A stretch of 64,000 bases of DNA from an uncultured Eubacteriales bacterium. GTDB taxonomy: Bacteria; Bacillota; Sulfobacillia; DYIH01; JBBIPI01. Positions 46,623 through 55,056 of the stretch are shown in pieces. Below the pieces are notes generated by a model. That model did no database searches. It was given only the letters and a program-made list of their open reading frames with translations, and had not been told where the DNA came from. Where the stretch lies: the NCBI GenBank assembly GCA_964467515.1, contig CAYXQP010000001.1, forward strand, positions 1,509 through 65,508. The letters are read 5' to 3'. Every line of letters begins with the position of its first letter. The first letter of the stretch is position 1. Made by a program: the position numbers and the translations under genes.

Positions 46623-47066
46623 CTACGACCTCTTCCCCTCGGACCCGGAGCCCTTTTGCGTCTCGATGTAACGCGACGGGCACTTGACGAGGAGCTGCCG
46701 GGCCTGGAACACGCCGTTTTCATCCACCCTGCCCCCCGCCACCACCTCGATGCCCCTGCCGGTGGAGGGCTGCACCTCGTCCGTCAGGGTATCGGGCTTG
46801 GCCCCGTGGTGGAAGACCTGGATGGTCCTGCCCCCGTCCTCCAGGGTGAAGCGCACGTCCAGGGCCATGGGGTCGTAGCGGAGGCTGCCCGGGACCACGT
46901 AGCCCTTGACCTGCACGTACTTGTCCCCCAGCTCTCCCTTTTTGGACAGATATTCGTCCACCGTGTAGTAGAAGGTGGCGTTGGGTCTCAGGTTGAGCCC
47001 CGCCAGGGCCAGGATGGCGCCCAGCACCGCCACGGTCGCCAGGGTTATCTTGGTGCTCCTGCTCAT
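46623..47066 (-). CDS. ccmE: Cytochrome c-type biogenesis heme chaperone CcmE
   Basis: Starting at the ATG at 47066 (MSRSTKITLATVAVLG...), a single transmembrane segment is followed by the CcmE OB-fold (VKGYVVPGSL...FTLEDGG). The start follows GGGAGG. Confidence 0.8.
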   Translation of the reverse strand: MSRSTKITLATVAVLGAILALAGLNLRPNATFYYTVDEYLSKKGELGDKYVQVKGYVVPGSLRYDPMALDVRFTLEDGGRTIQVFHHGAKPDTLTDEVQPSTGRGIEVVAGGRVDENGVFQARQLLVKCPSRYIETQKGSGSEGKRS

Positions 47067-47216
47067 GTGCACGACCTCCCGGTTGGAACAGTGCCAGTCA
47101 CAATCGCATTTATCGTAGCAGCCGCGCCGGCACATCGCATCAGAAGGGCATAAGAATTGAAAGCCGCACCGAACCAAAGGACACGTGGCGACGCGGCACC
47201 GGGGCGGCGGCGCGCG

Positions 47217-47615
47217 TCAGACCACGCGGACGGGTTCCTCTTCGACCCGGCCGTCGCGGATGAGAAAGGCTCGGAGGACGGGCCGGTCGGGCACGGCCAG
47301 GGACAGGATCAGATAGCGGGCATCGGGATAGTGGGCCTGGGCCACGTCGGTGGCGGAGGGATAGGCCTCGGTCCGCGGATGGGAGTGGAAGACGGCCACC
47401 AGCTCCTCTCCCGCCTCCTCGGCCGCCCTGAGGTGGCGGAGAAGCTGCGCGGGCGGGATGCGGTATCTCACCTCGGGCCGGGGGTCCTCGTTATCGGTGG
47501 GCACGAAGCGCTCCGGCCGGCCCCCGTTGCCCAGGAGGAGGCCGCACGCCTCCCGGGGAGCCTGGGAACGAGCATGGGCCACCAGCGCCTCGTAGACGGT
47601 CCGGGAAATCTTCAC
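47217..47615 (-). CDS. JAMM/MPN+ metalloprotease (Mec+-type; candidate CysO C-terminal processing peptidase)
   Basis: The JAMM motif EACGLLLG ... HSHPRTEAYPSATD (E, HxH, S, D). The GTG start at 47615 overlaps the cysM stop (GTGA). Confidence 0.75.
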   Translation of the reverse strand: MKISRTVYEALVAHARSQAPREACGLLLGNGGRPERFVPTDNEDPRPEVRYRIPPAQLLRHLRAAEEAGEELVAVFHSHPRTEAYPSATDVAQAHYPDARYLILSLAVPDRPVLRAFLIRDGRVEEEPVRVV

Positions 47616-48583
47616 CGCCCGTCGCCCTCCATCATGCTGAGGTACCGCTCGCCCGTGTCGGGCAGGATGGCCACCACCGTGCGGCCGACGCCCAGCCGCT
47701 CCGCCACCCGCAGGGCGGCCCAGACGGCGGCGCCGCTGGAGAAGCCGCACAGGATGCCCTCCTCGCGGGCCAGGCGCCGCGCCGTGGCGATGGCGTCCTC
47801 GTCCCGCACGGCCACCACCTCGTCATAGACGGACCGGTCCAGGACGCCCGGCACGAAGCCCGCCCCCAGGCCCTGGATGCGCGTGAAGCCCGGCCGACCG
47901 CCGGAGAGGACCGCCGACCGCGCCGGCTCCACGGCCACCACGCGCACCCCCGGAACCTCCTCCCGGAGCACCCGGCCCACCCCCGTGAGGGTCCCGCCCG
48001 TGCCTACCCCGGCGACGAAGGCATCCAGGTGGCCGCCCGTGTCCGCCAGAATCTCGCGGGCTGTCGTCTCGCGGTGGACGGCCGGGTTGGCGGGGTTCTC
48101 GAACTGGCGGGGCAGAAAGTAGCCGTGCCGGCCCGCCAGCTCCCGGGCGGCGTAGACGGCTCCCGTCATGCCCTCGATGGCCGGCGTCAGGACGAGCTCC
48201 GCGCCCAGCCACTGGAAGAGGCGGCGGCGCTCCACGCTCATGTCCTCGGGCATGGTGAGGATGAGCCTGTACCCGCGGGCGGCCGCCACCACGGCGAGCC
48301 CTATCCCCGTGTTGCCGCTGGTGGCCTCCACGACGGTATCGCCCGGGCGGAGTAGCCCCTCCCGCTCGGCGGCCTCGATCATGGAGAGGGCGATCCGGTC
48401 TTTCACGCTCCCGCCGGGATTGCGGGACTCCAGTTTGCCCAGCACATGGGCGCAGCCGGGAGGAACGACGCGCCGGAGCCGAACCAGGGGGGTGCGACCG
48501 ATGGTGGCCAGGACGTCGGGCGCCACTCCGGGCCAAGGGGGCAGGTCGCCGTCCCCCGGCTGGGGTGCCATCTCGGGCGCCAT
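47612..48583 (-). CDS. cysM: Cysteine synthase (CysM/CysK; PLP-dependent)
   Basis: ...SVKDRIAL...TSGNTGIGLA...GVGTGGTL... are the PLP-fold cysteine synthase motifs. Confidence 0.85.
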   Translation of the reverse strand: MAPEMAPQPGDGDLPPWPGVAPDVLATIGRTPLVRLRRVVPPGCAHVLGKLESRNPGGSVKDRIALSMIEAAEREGLLRPGDTVVEATSGNTGIGLAVVAAARGYRLILTMPEDMSVERRRLFQWLGAELVLTPAIEGMTGAVYAARELAGRHGYFLPRQFENPANPAVHRETTAREILADTGGHLDAFVAGVGTGGTLTGVGRVLREEVPGVRVVAVEPARSAVLSGGRPGFTRIQGLGAGFVPGVLDRSVYDEVVAVRDEDAIATARRLAREEGILCGFSSGAAVWAALRVAERLGVGRTVVAILPDTGERYLSMMEGDGR

Positions 48584-48587
48584 GGGC

Positions 48588-48878
48588 CTAGCGCCGCCCG
48601 CCGGCGCCGCCCGCCATGGCGGGGATGAAAGCCACCTCGTCTCCGTCCCGCAGGGCCGTGTCCACGCCCTGCAGGCCCCTGATCTCCTCCTGGTTCACGA
48701 AGACATTGATGTACTCGGCCACCTGGCCCCGCTCATCCAGGATCTGCCGAGCGAGCTGCGGGTAGCTCTCGGCCAGGCGGCGCAGCAGCTCGGCCACCGT
48801 GCCCGCCTCCACGGCCAGGCGCGCCTGACCGTCCGTGTGGCGCCGGAAGGGCGTAGGTACGTACACGTTGACAGTCAC
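48588..48878 (-). CDS. cysO: ThiS/MoaD-family sulfur-carrier protein (CysO-like), with a short C-terminal extension after Gly-Gly
   Basis: 96 aa, MTVNVYVPTPFRRH...GDEVAFIPAMAGG-AGGRR. The GG is followed by five residues, which fits a pro-form trimmed by the adjacent JAMM protease. It sits immediately upstream of cysM. Confidence 0.7.
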   Translation of the reverse strand: MTVNVYVPTPFRRHTDGQARLAVEAGTVAELLRRLAESYPQLARQILDERGQVAEYINVFVNQEEIRGLQGVDTALRDGDEVAFIPAMAGGAGGRR

Positions 48879-49165
48879 GCCATCACCGTCCCTTTCTCCC
48901 GGGCCATTTTACCGAATGTTGCTCGCCTGCTGCGAGCACCCCCGAATCCCGAGTGCATTCATCGGGTTTGACGTGATTTTAGCCAGGAGGGGGGACCCGG
49001 TCAAGAAGCCGTTCAGACATCATCGGGGACGGGGTCGCCGCCCGAGGGCAGCAACGGCCCCTCCGCCCGTCTGTCAGCGGCGGCCGGTGGCGTGGAGTCC
49101 CGTCACCTCCTCCGCGGTGCGCCGATAAACTGCTATCGCTTTCCGCCCGGGTGGCGGGGGAGGTG

Positions 49166-50742
49166 ATGGGGGTGGCGGGGGGTGCCATGCCGATGCCGGG
49201 CGGGGAAGCCATGCCCGCACCCGAGCGCGACGCCAATCCGGCGCTCCTCTCTCACGCGGCCGCCGAGCTGCCCCTCCTGGGAGCCCTCCTGGCCTATGCC
49301 GCCGAGCGCCCGGCCCGCTTCCACATGCCGGCCCACCAGGGCGGGCGCGGGGCCCCCTCCCCCCTCGTGGCCGCCATCGGACCGCGGGCCCTCAACCTGG
49401 ACGTGACCGGGGTCGAGGGCCTGGACGACCTGCACCAGCCGGGGGGGCCATCGCCGCCGCTGAGCGGCGGGCCGCCGCCCTCTTCGGGGCCGACCGGACC
49501 TTCTTCCTGGTGAACGGCACCACGGCCGGCGTCCAGGCCATGCTCCTGGCCGCCGCCGGCCCGGGCGAGCGCGTGGCGGTGCCTCGCAACGCCCATAAGT
49601 CCATCGTGTCCGCCCTCATCCTGAGCGGAGCCGAGCCCGTCTTCCTCCTGCCCGCCCTGGACCCGGTCCTGGGGATACCCCTGGGCGTCCCGCCCGGCGA
49701 GCTGGCCCGCGCCCTGGGGCGCGGGTGCCGGGCCGCCCTGGTGGTCAGCCCCACCTACCACGGCCTCTGCTCCGACCTCGGCGCCCTGGCGGCGGCCGCC
49801 CACGCGGCGGGCATACCTCTCCTCGTGGACGAGGCCCATGGAGCCCATTTCGGGTTCCACCCCGCCCTCCCTCCCTCGGCCCTGGCCCAGGGAGCCGACG
49901 CCTGCGCCCAGGGCGCCCACAAGGTCCTCGGCAGCCTGACCCAGGCCTCCCTCCTCCACGTGAGGGGCGAAAGGCTTCCGGCGGCGCGGGTGCACGAGTT
50001 GCTGCGGATCCTCCAGTCCACCAGCGCCTCCTACCTCCTGCTGGCGTCGCTGGAGGCGGCCTGCTGGCAGATGGGCCGCGACGGCCGCGAACGCCTGGCC
50101 CGCACCCTGGCGCTGGCCGCCGAGGTGCGGGAACGGCTGCGGCGCCTGCCGGGGCTGCACGCGCCCGGCGAGGAGATGGCGAAGCGACCGGGCGTGGCCG
50201 CCTGGGACCCCACCCGTCTCCTGGTGCTGGTGGACCAGCTGGGCATCACCGGCCGCCAGGCGGAGCTGTACCTCCGCACGCGCCACGGCATCCAGGCGGA
50301 ACTCTCCGATCTGCGCTTCCTTCTCTTCCTCTTCACGCCGGGCACGGCCCCGGCCGACGCGGAGAGGCTGGTGCTCGGCCTGGCCGACCTGGCCCGCCAC
50401 GCCGTCGCCCTGCGCGACCCCGCCCGCCAGCGGTTGCTCCGCGAAGCCGCCGCCCTGCCCCCCCTGCCGCCGTTGCCGCCCGCCGCCGCCACGCCGCGGG
50501 AGGCCTTCTTCGCTCCCCGCCGCCGCGTCCACCTGGAGGCGGCCCGCGGTTCCGTGGCCGCCGAGGTGGTCACCTGCTATCCGCCCGGCATCCCCATCCT
50601 CTGGCCCGGTGAGCGCATCACGGCGGAAGCCGTGGCCTACCTCTCCCTCCTCCGGCGGGCCGGTTTCCACTTCTCGGGGCCGGTGGACCCGGAACTGGAG
50701 ACGGTCCAGGTCCTCGCCGGCCGGGCGGGTGGCCGCCGGTGA
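49166..50742 (+). pseudogene. Orn/Lys/Arg decarboxylase family (PLP-dependent) gene split by an apparent 1-nt deletion in a G7 tract; this may be an assembly artefact
   Basis: The N-terminal frame reads ...LLGALLAYAAERPARFHMPAHQGGRG...LDVTGVEGLDDLHQPGG, then shifts at GGGGGGG (49441..49447). The +1 frame continues ...FLVNGTTAGVQAMLLAAAGPGERVAV... to 50742. One extra G would restore QPGGAIAAAERRAAALFGADRTFFLVNGTT. The ATG at 49166 follows GGGGGAGGTG. Confidence 0.5.
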
Positions 50743-51695
50743 GCCCGCGCGTCACCAACGCCTTCGCCAGGCTCTTGCTGGAGGGGGCGGGGGCGCCGCG
50801 GACGGAGGTGGTGGTCCAGTCCACGCGCCCGCCGAACCCCGCCGCCGCCGCGGAGGGTCGGGTCGTCACCGTCCTCCTGCCCGGCTTAACCCTCAACATG
50901 CCGCCCGACTGCCTCCCCGTCCTGGACGGCCTGGTTCAGGCCCTGGAGGTGACGGAAACCGGAGAGGGGGTGCTGGTGCGGGTGCTCCTGGACCAGGAGG
51001 CGCCGTGGGAGGTGGCCCGGAAGGAGGGCTGGCCGGCGGAGACCATCCTCTCCTTCTCCCACGAGCCGCTCCGCGCCGTGCTGGCGGGACACGCCGTGCT
51101 GGTGGACCCCGCTCACGGCGGACGGGACACCGGGGCCCGCGGGCCCGTCAACCTGGTGGAGAAGGATGTGGTCCTGGACGTGGCCAGACGGCTGGCCCGC
51201 CACCTGGAGTCCGTCGGCGCGCGACCCCTCCTGACCAGGGACGCCGACCGCGCCCTGGCGGCCGCGGAACGCTGGGCCGCCTGCAGCCGGCGCGAAGCCG
51301 CCTGTCTCGTCCACCTCCACACGGGCCACGAACCTGGATACGCGCGCGGCTTCCGGACCCTCTTCTCCCTCCGCTCCGCCGGCAGCCGCGAGCTGGCCCT
51401 GGCCCTCCACCGGCGCCTTTCGGCGCGCCTTCCCTCCCCCGACCGCGGCTGCCACCCCCTTCCGTCCCGCCGGCGTTACCCCCTGCCCGCGGCGCTGGTG
51501 GAGGTGGTCAACCTGGCCCATCCGCTGGACGAGGCGCAGATGCGCGACACAGTCTTCAAGGAGAGGGCGGCCAGGGCCATCTTCGCGGGCATCAAGGACT
51601 TTCTGGCCGCCTCCCGGCAGCCGTCGCCCGGAAGCGGCCCGTCGACGGCCTCCACCCGGCCTCCGCAACCCGGGGGGGAGGAACGCCAACCATGA
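50739..51695 (+). CDS. N-acetylmuramoyl-L-alanine amidase (Amidase_3; CwlD-like)
   Basis: ...HAVLVDPAHGGRDTGARGP...EKDVVLDVARRL... is an Amidase_3 core. The GTG start overlaps the upstream stop (GTGA). Confidence 0.8.
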   Translation: MSPRVTNAFARLLLEGAGAPRTEVVVQSTRPPNPAAAAEGRVVTVLLPGLTLNMPPDCLPVLDGLVQALEVTETGEGVLVRVLLDQEAPWEVARKEGWPAETILSFSHEPLRAVLAGHAVLVDPAHGGRDTGARGPVNLVEKDVVLDVARRLARHLESVGARPLLTRDADRALAAAERWAACSRREAACLVHLHTGHEPGYARGFRTLFSLRSAGSRELALALHRRLSARLPSPDRGCHPLPSRRRYPLPAALVEVVNLAHPLDEAQMRDTVFKERAARAIFAGIKDFLAASRQPSPGSGPSTASTRPPQPGGEERQP

Positions 51696-52378
51696 CGGCC
51701 TGGCGCCCCCTGCCCCTCCGCACCCATCTCCTGTCTCCTGGCGAGGAGCCGGCGGAGGTGGTCCGCCGCTATGCCGTGCCCGTGGCGGAGGCCGGGGACG
51801 TGGTCTGCCTCGCCGAGTCGGCCCTGGCCGTCCTCCAGGGCCGCGCCGTCCCCTCGGAAACGGTGCGCCCCTGCCTCCTGGCCCGACTCCTGTGCCGTCT
51901 GCCCGACCCCGCGGGCAGCCTGGCCACCCCCCAGGCCATGCACTTGGCCATCGCCGAGGTGGGGACCCCGCGCATCCTGGCCGGGGTGGTGGCGGCCGGC
52001 CTGGGTCGCCTCCTGGGGAGGCGGGGAGACTTCTACCGGGTGGCGGGGCGGTCCCTGGCCCAGATCGATGACATCGCCGGCACCCTTCCCCCCTACGACC
52101 GCTGCGTGGTGCTCGGCCCCAAGGAACCCGAGGCCGTGGTGACCCGCATCAAGGCGGAGACCGGCCTGGGGGCCTGTGTCACCGATGTCAACGACCTGGG
52201 GCGGGTGGACATCCTGGCCGCCACGCCGGACGTGGACAGGGAGGCCGTGGCCGGGGCGCTGCGGCGCAACCCCCACGGCAACGCCGACGAGCGCACGCCC
52301 CTGGTGCTCCTGCGCCGGGAGGAGCCGCGCCCCGGCGGCCGCGGGGGCGGGGACGGGCGGCTCCTCACCGGCGAAATA
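51692..52378 (+). CDS. CofE-like protein (COG1478; F420-0:gamma-glutamyl ligase-related fold), function unknown; 3' end unresolved
   Basis: The ATG at 51692 overlaps the amidase stop (ATGA). MTAWRPLPLRTHLLSPGEEPAEVVRRYAVPVAEAGDVVCLAESALAVLQGRAV... resembles the CofE N-terminal (GD-VV-x3-ES/K-x5-GR) pattern. No in-frame stop occurs before 53233. Confidence 0.45.
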
Positions 52379-53101
52379 GCGCTCGAGACCCCTCGCCACG
52401 GCCGCGGCCAGCCGGTCGCGGTGGGAGGGATCCGCCAGCAGCTCCCGGTCCCGGGCGTTGGAGAGGAAACCCACCTCCACGAGGACGGCCGGCACGGGGC
52501 TCTCCCGGAGGAGGTAGAGGTCCGCGGGGATGGCTTCCCGGTAATTCTCGGGGTCGAGAGCCACCAGCTCCCGCTGGAGGAGGAGGGCGAGGCGCCTTCC
52601 CTCCGCCGATGTCTCCCAGTAGAAGGTCTGAGCCCCGAATTGGCCGGGATCCGGGAAAGCGTTGGCGTGGATGCTCAGGAAAACGTCGGCGTCGTCGGCC
52701 GCCTTGAGCCTCAGGCGCAGGTCCTCGCGGTCGTCCTGGGCGTGGGCCGCGTCTTTGTGGCGGGTCAGCACCGGATGCCCGCCACGGGCGCGGATCTCGC
52801 GGGCCAGGCGCCGGGCCAGGTCCAGGGTCAACTCCTTCTCCACCAGTCCGCCCCGCGCCACGCCGCCGTCGAAGCCGCCGTGGCCGGCGTCCACCGCCAC
52901 CACCCGCCCCGCCAGGGGACGGTGCGTGGCCACCCAGAAGACCTCCACCACGGCGCCCGTGCCGGCGGCCGCCACCAGGGCCGCCGCCGCCCACGCCCCG
53001 ATCACCGGCAGCGTCACGGCCGCGACGAGGGGGCGCAGCCCGCGTCTGCGGCGTCCCCTCCAGCCCCGTACCCTTCTCTCCCCCATCCCCCTCCCCACCA
53101 T
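52352..53101 (-). CDS. N-acetylmuramoyl-L-alanine amidase (Amidase_3) with an N-terminal membrane anchor; 3' end unresolved
   Basis: ...VVAVDAGHGGFDGGVARGGLVEKELTLDLARRLA...FLSIHANAF...LVEVGFLSNARDRELL.... The credible protein ends near ...RYFAGEEP at about 52350, but the frame stays open to 51476. Confidence 0.7.
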
Positions 53102-53186
53102 GCCCGACGGCCCCTTCCGGCCGTCTCGTTGCCTCCTCCCAGAGAGACTATGCGGTGGAGGGGCCGGGTACGTCGCACCGCCGGCT

Positions 53187-53891
53187 TCAGAGGGGGGCGA
53201 GTAAGGCGGGGTCGTCGTGGCGGGGGGAATTGACCCGGTGCGAAACAGGGTGGAGGGTGAGGGCGTCGCCGGCGAGAGGGGCGAGGAGACGGGCCAGGGC
53301 GGCCGGATCGGTGAGGGAGGGATCGAGCCAGCCCTCCTCCGCCTCCGGGCGCAGGATCACCGGCATCCGCTCGTGCAGGGACCGCAGGGCGCCGTCCGCC
53401 GCCGTGGTGAGGATGGCGAAGCCGGGCTCGCCGTCGGGTCCGGTCTCCCAGAGGCCGGCAAAGGCGAAGAGGCCGCCCTCCCGCGGGCGGACGTAGAAGG
53501 GGTCCCGGCGGTGGGCCTCCTGGCGCCACTCGTAGAAGCCGTCGGCGGGGACGAGGCAGCGGCGGTGGCGCAACGCACGGCGGAAGGCGGGCCGCTCGGC
53601 CGCCGTCTCGGCGCGGGCGTTGATGAAAGGGCCGTGCCCGCGCTGTCGGCTTCCCCCCTCGCTCGGTCCCGGGCGAGGGCCGGTGCCCGCCCAGGCCGGC
53701 TCCAGGCCCCAGCGCATGGCCAGCCCCCGGCGACCGCCTTCAGCATGGGGTCCCGGCCCGGCCGTGACCACCAGGGCGAGCTGGGAAGGGGCGATGTTGT
53801 AGCGCCCGCACACCCCGGCCGGCAGCGCCGCCAAGCCGAAGCGCCGGGCCACCGTCACGGGGTCGGCGGTGAGGGTGTAGCGCCCGCACAC
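53187..53891 (-). CDS. SOS-response-associated peptidase (SRAP/YedK; abasic-site DNA-protein crosslink family)
   Basis: An N-terminal MCGRY... with Cys2 as the catalytic residue, and the DUF159/SRAP fold (...FYEW...). Confidence 0.8.
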   Translation of the reverse strand: MCGRYTLTADPVTVARRFGLAALPAGVCGRYNIAPSQLALVVTAGPGPHAEGGRRGLAMRWGLEPAWAGTGPRPGPSEGGSRQRGHGPFINARAETAAERPAFRRALRHRRCLVPADGFYEWRQEAHRRDPFYVRPREGGLFAFAGLWETGPDGEPGFAILTTAADGALRSLHERMPVILRPEAEEGWLDPSLTDPAALARLLAPLAGDALTLHPVSHRVNSPRHDDPALLAPL

Positions 53892-53893
53892 GG

Positions 53894-54334
53894 TCAGCGA
53901 AGGGCGGGCGTGGCCGCGGCTTCGTCCACGATGGCCCGGATGACGACCTCGACCTCCTCGGGCACTCCGCCCAGGTCGGCTCCCGGAAAGAAGGCGCCGA
54001 TGGCCGTGGGCCGCATGGCGGCGATGACCGTGCGCCCGTCCTCCTCGTACACGGCGATGGGACAGGGCAGAAAGATGCTGATGAGGTTGTCGGCGGCCAG
54101 GACCCGGTGGGCGTACCGGGCACCGCAGACCTCGACGATTTGCATGGGACCCCGCTCGAAACCCTTTTCCCGCAGGAGGGTGGCCACGTCGTGCCGTCCC
54201 AGCACGCGGAAGCCCTTCTCCCCCGCCTTAGCCTCCACCGCCGCCACCGCCTCGGGGACCGGCTTCGCCGTCGTCACCCAGAGGGCGAAATCCTCTCTCC
54301 GCAACGGGATCACCTCCCGGACCAGTCTCGCCAC
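53894..54334 (-). CDS. DUF302 domain protein
   Basis: 146 aa; the DUF302 core ...ATLLREKGFERGPMQIVEVCGARYAHRVLAAD.... It lies 3 nt upstream of the SRAP gene. Confidence 0.7.
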   Translation of the reverse strand: MARLVREVIPLRREDFALWVTTAKPVPEAVAAVEAKAGEKGFRVLGRHDVATLLREKGFERGPMQIVEVCGARYAHRVLAADNLISIFLPCPIAVYEEDGRTVIAAMRPTAIGAFFPGADLGGVPEEVEVVIRAIVDEAAATPALR

Positions 54335-54377
54335 CGCATCAAAAATGGTAGCACCTGAGTCCCGGCGGCGCCCGTCG

Positions 54378-54590
54378 TCAGGCCTCCTCGGCCTCGTAAC
54401 CGGCGCGGCGGATGGCTTCCTTTATGAAAGCCGCGTCCACGGCCCCTTCCTCGTACTCCACCGTGACGCGCTTGCCGCCCAGGTCCACCCCCACCGAGCG
54501 GACGCCGCCCAAGCCCCCCACGGCCTGCTTGATGCGCCGCTCGCAATGCCCGCACGACATCCCCGGAACCCGCAAGGTGGCAACCGCCAT
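54378..54590 (-). CDS. copZ: Copper chaperone CopZ (HMA domain)
   Basis: MAVATLRVPGMSCGHCERRIKQAV...; GMxCxxC heavy-metal-associated motif. The start is likely the ATG at 54590. Confidence 0.8.
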   Translation of the reverse strand: MAVATLRVPGMSCGHCERRIKQAVGGLGGVRSVGVDLGGKRVTVEYEEGAVDAAFIKEAIRRAGYEAEEA

Positions 54591-54650
54591 TCCCCATCCT
54601 CCTCCTCGCATCGTGGCTAAAGCCAGAGTCTTGCGGCGGCCTTTTCTCGG

Positions 54651-54962
54651 TCAGCCGCCGTGACGGTGGCGCCCGTCACCGCCCTCCCCCGCCCGCGCAC
54701 CTGCTCTGCCAGCACCGCCGCCTTGCCATCCGCCATCGCCTCCCCCACCGGATCCTGCCTCGGGGCCTCCGCCCGGCAGGGCGCGCCGCGCCAGGGGGAT
54801 GACCACCGGCAGGGTGATGATCAGGGTCAGGAGCACCACCCAGGCCAGGCCGCCCCCCACCGCCACGCCACCCAGGCCCGCGCGGGCAGCCGCCAAGGCG
54901 TAGAGGATGCCGGCCGCCAGGGCGATGGCCCAGCAGGTGTAGGTCGCCCGCCTCACCGTCAA
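54651..54962 (-). CDS. Possible small membrane protein (two TM helices) between copA and copZ
   Basis: 103 codons with two hydrophobic helices and a Gly-rich, low-complexity tail. No family was recognised; this could be a shadow ORF. Confidence 0.3.
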   Translation of the reverse strand: MTVRRATYTCWAIALAAGILYALAAARAGLGGVAVGGGLAWVVLLTLIITLPVVIPLARRALPGGGPEAGSGGGGDGGWQGGGAGRAGARAGEGGDGRHRHGG

Positions 54963-55056
54963 GAGCCTCTCCTCCCTCCGCCCCGCGCCCCTCCTCGTGC
55001 ACCGCCGCGGAAACCGCGGCCGAGGCGGCGGCAGGGCGCGTCACCCCCCGGCCGCC

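Noticed and set aside
48980-49128. Arg-rich small ORF (...VKKPFRHHRGRGRRPRAATAPPP...) following a strong AGGAGGGGGG upstream of the decarboxylase, as a possible leader peptide.
   Set aside because: It has no canonical start at a sensible distance from the SD. Its composition is typical of GC-rich non-coding translation. It overlaps the antisense of the cysO upstream region.
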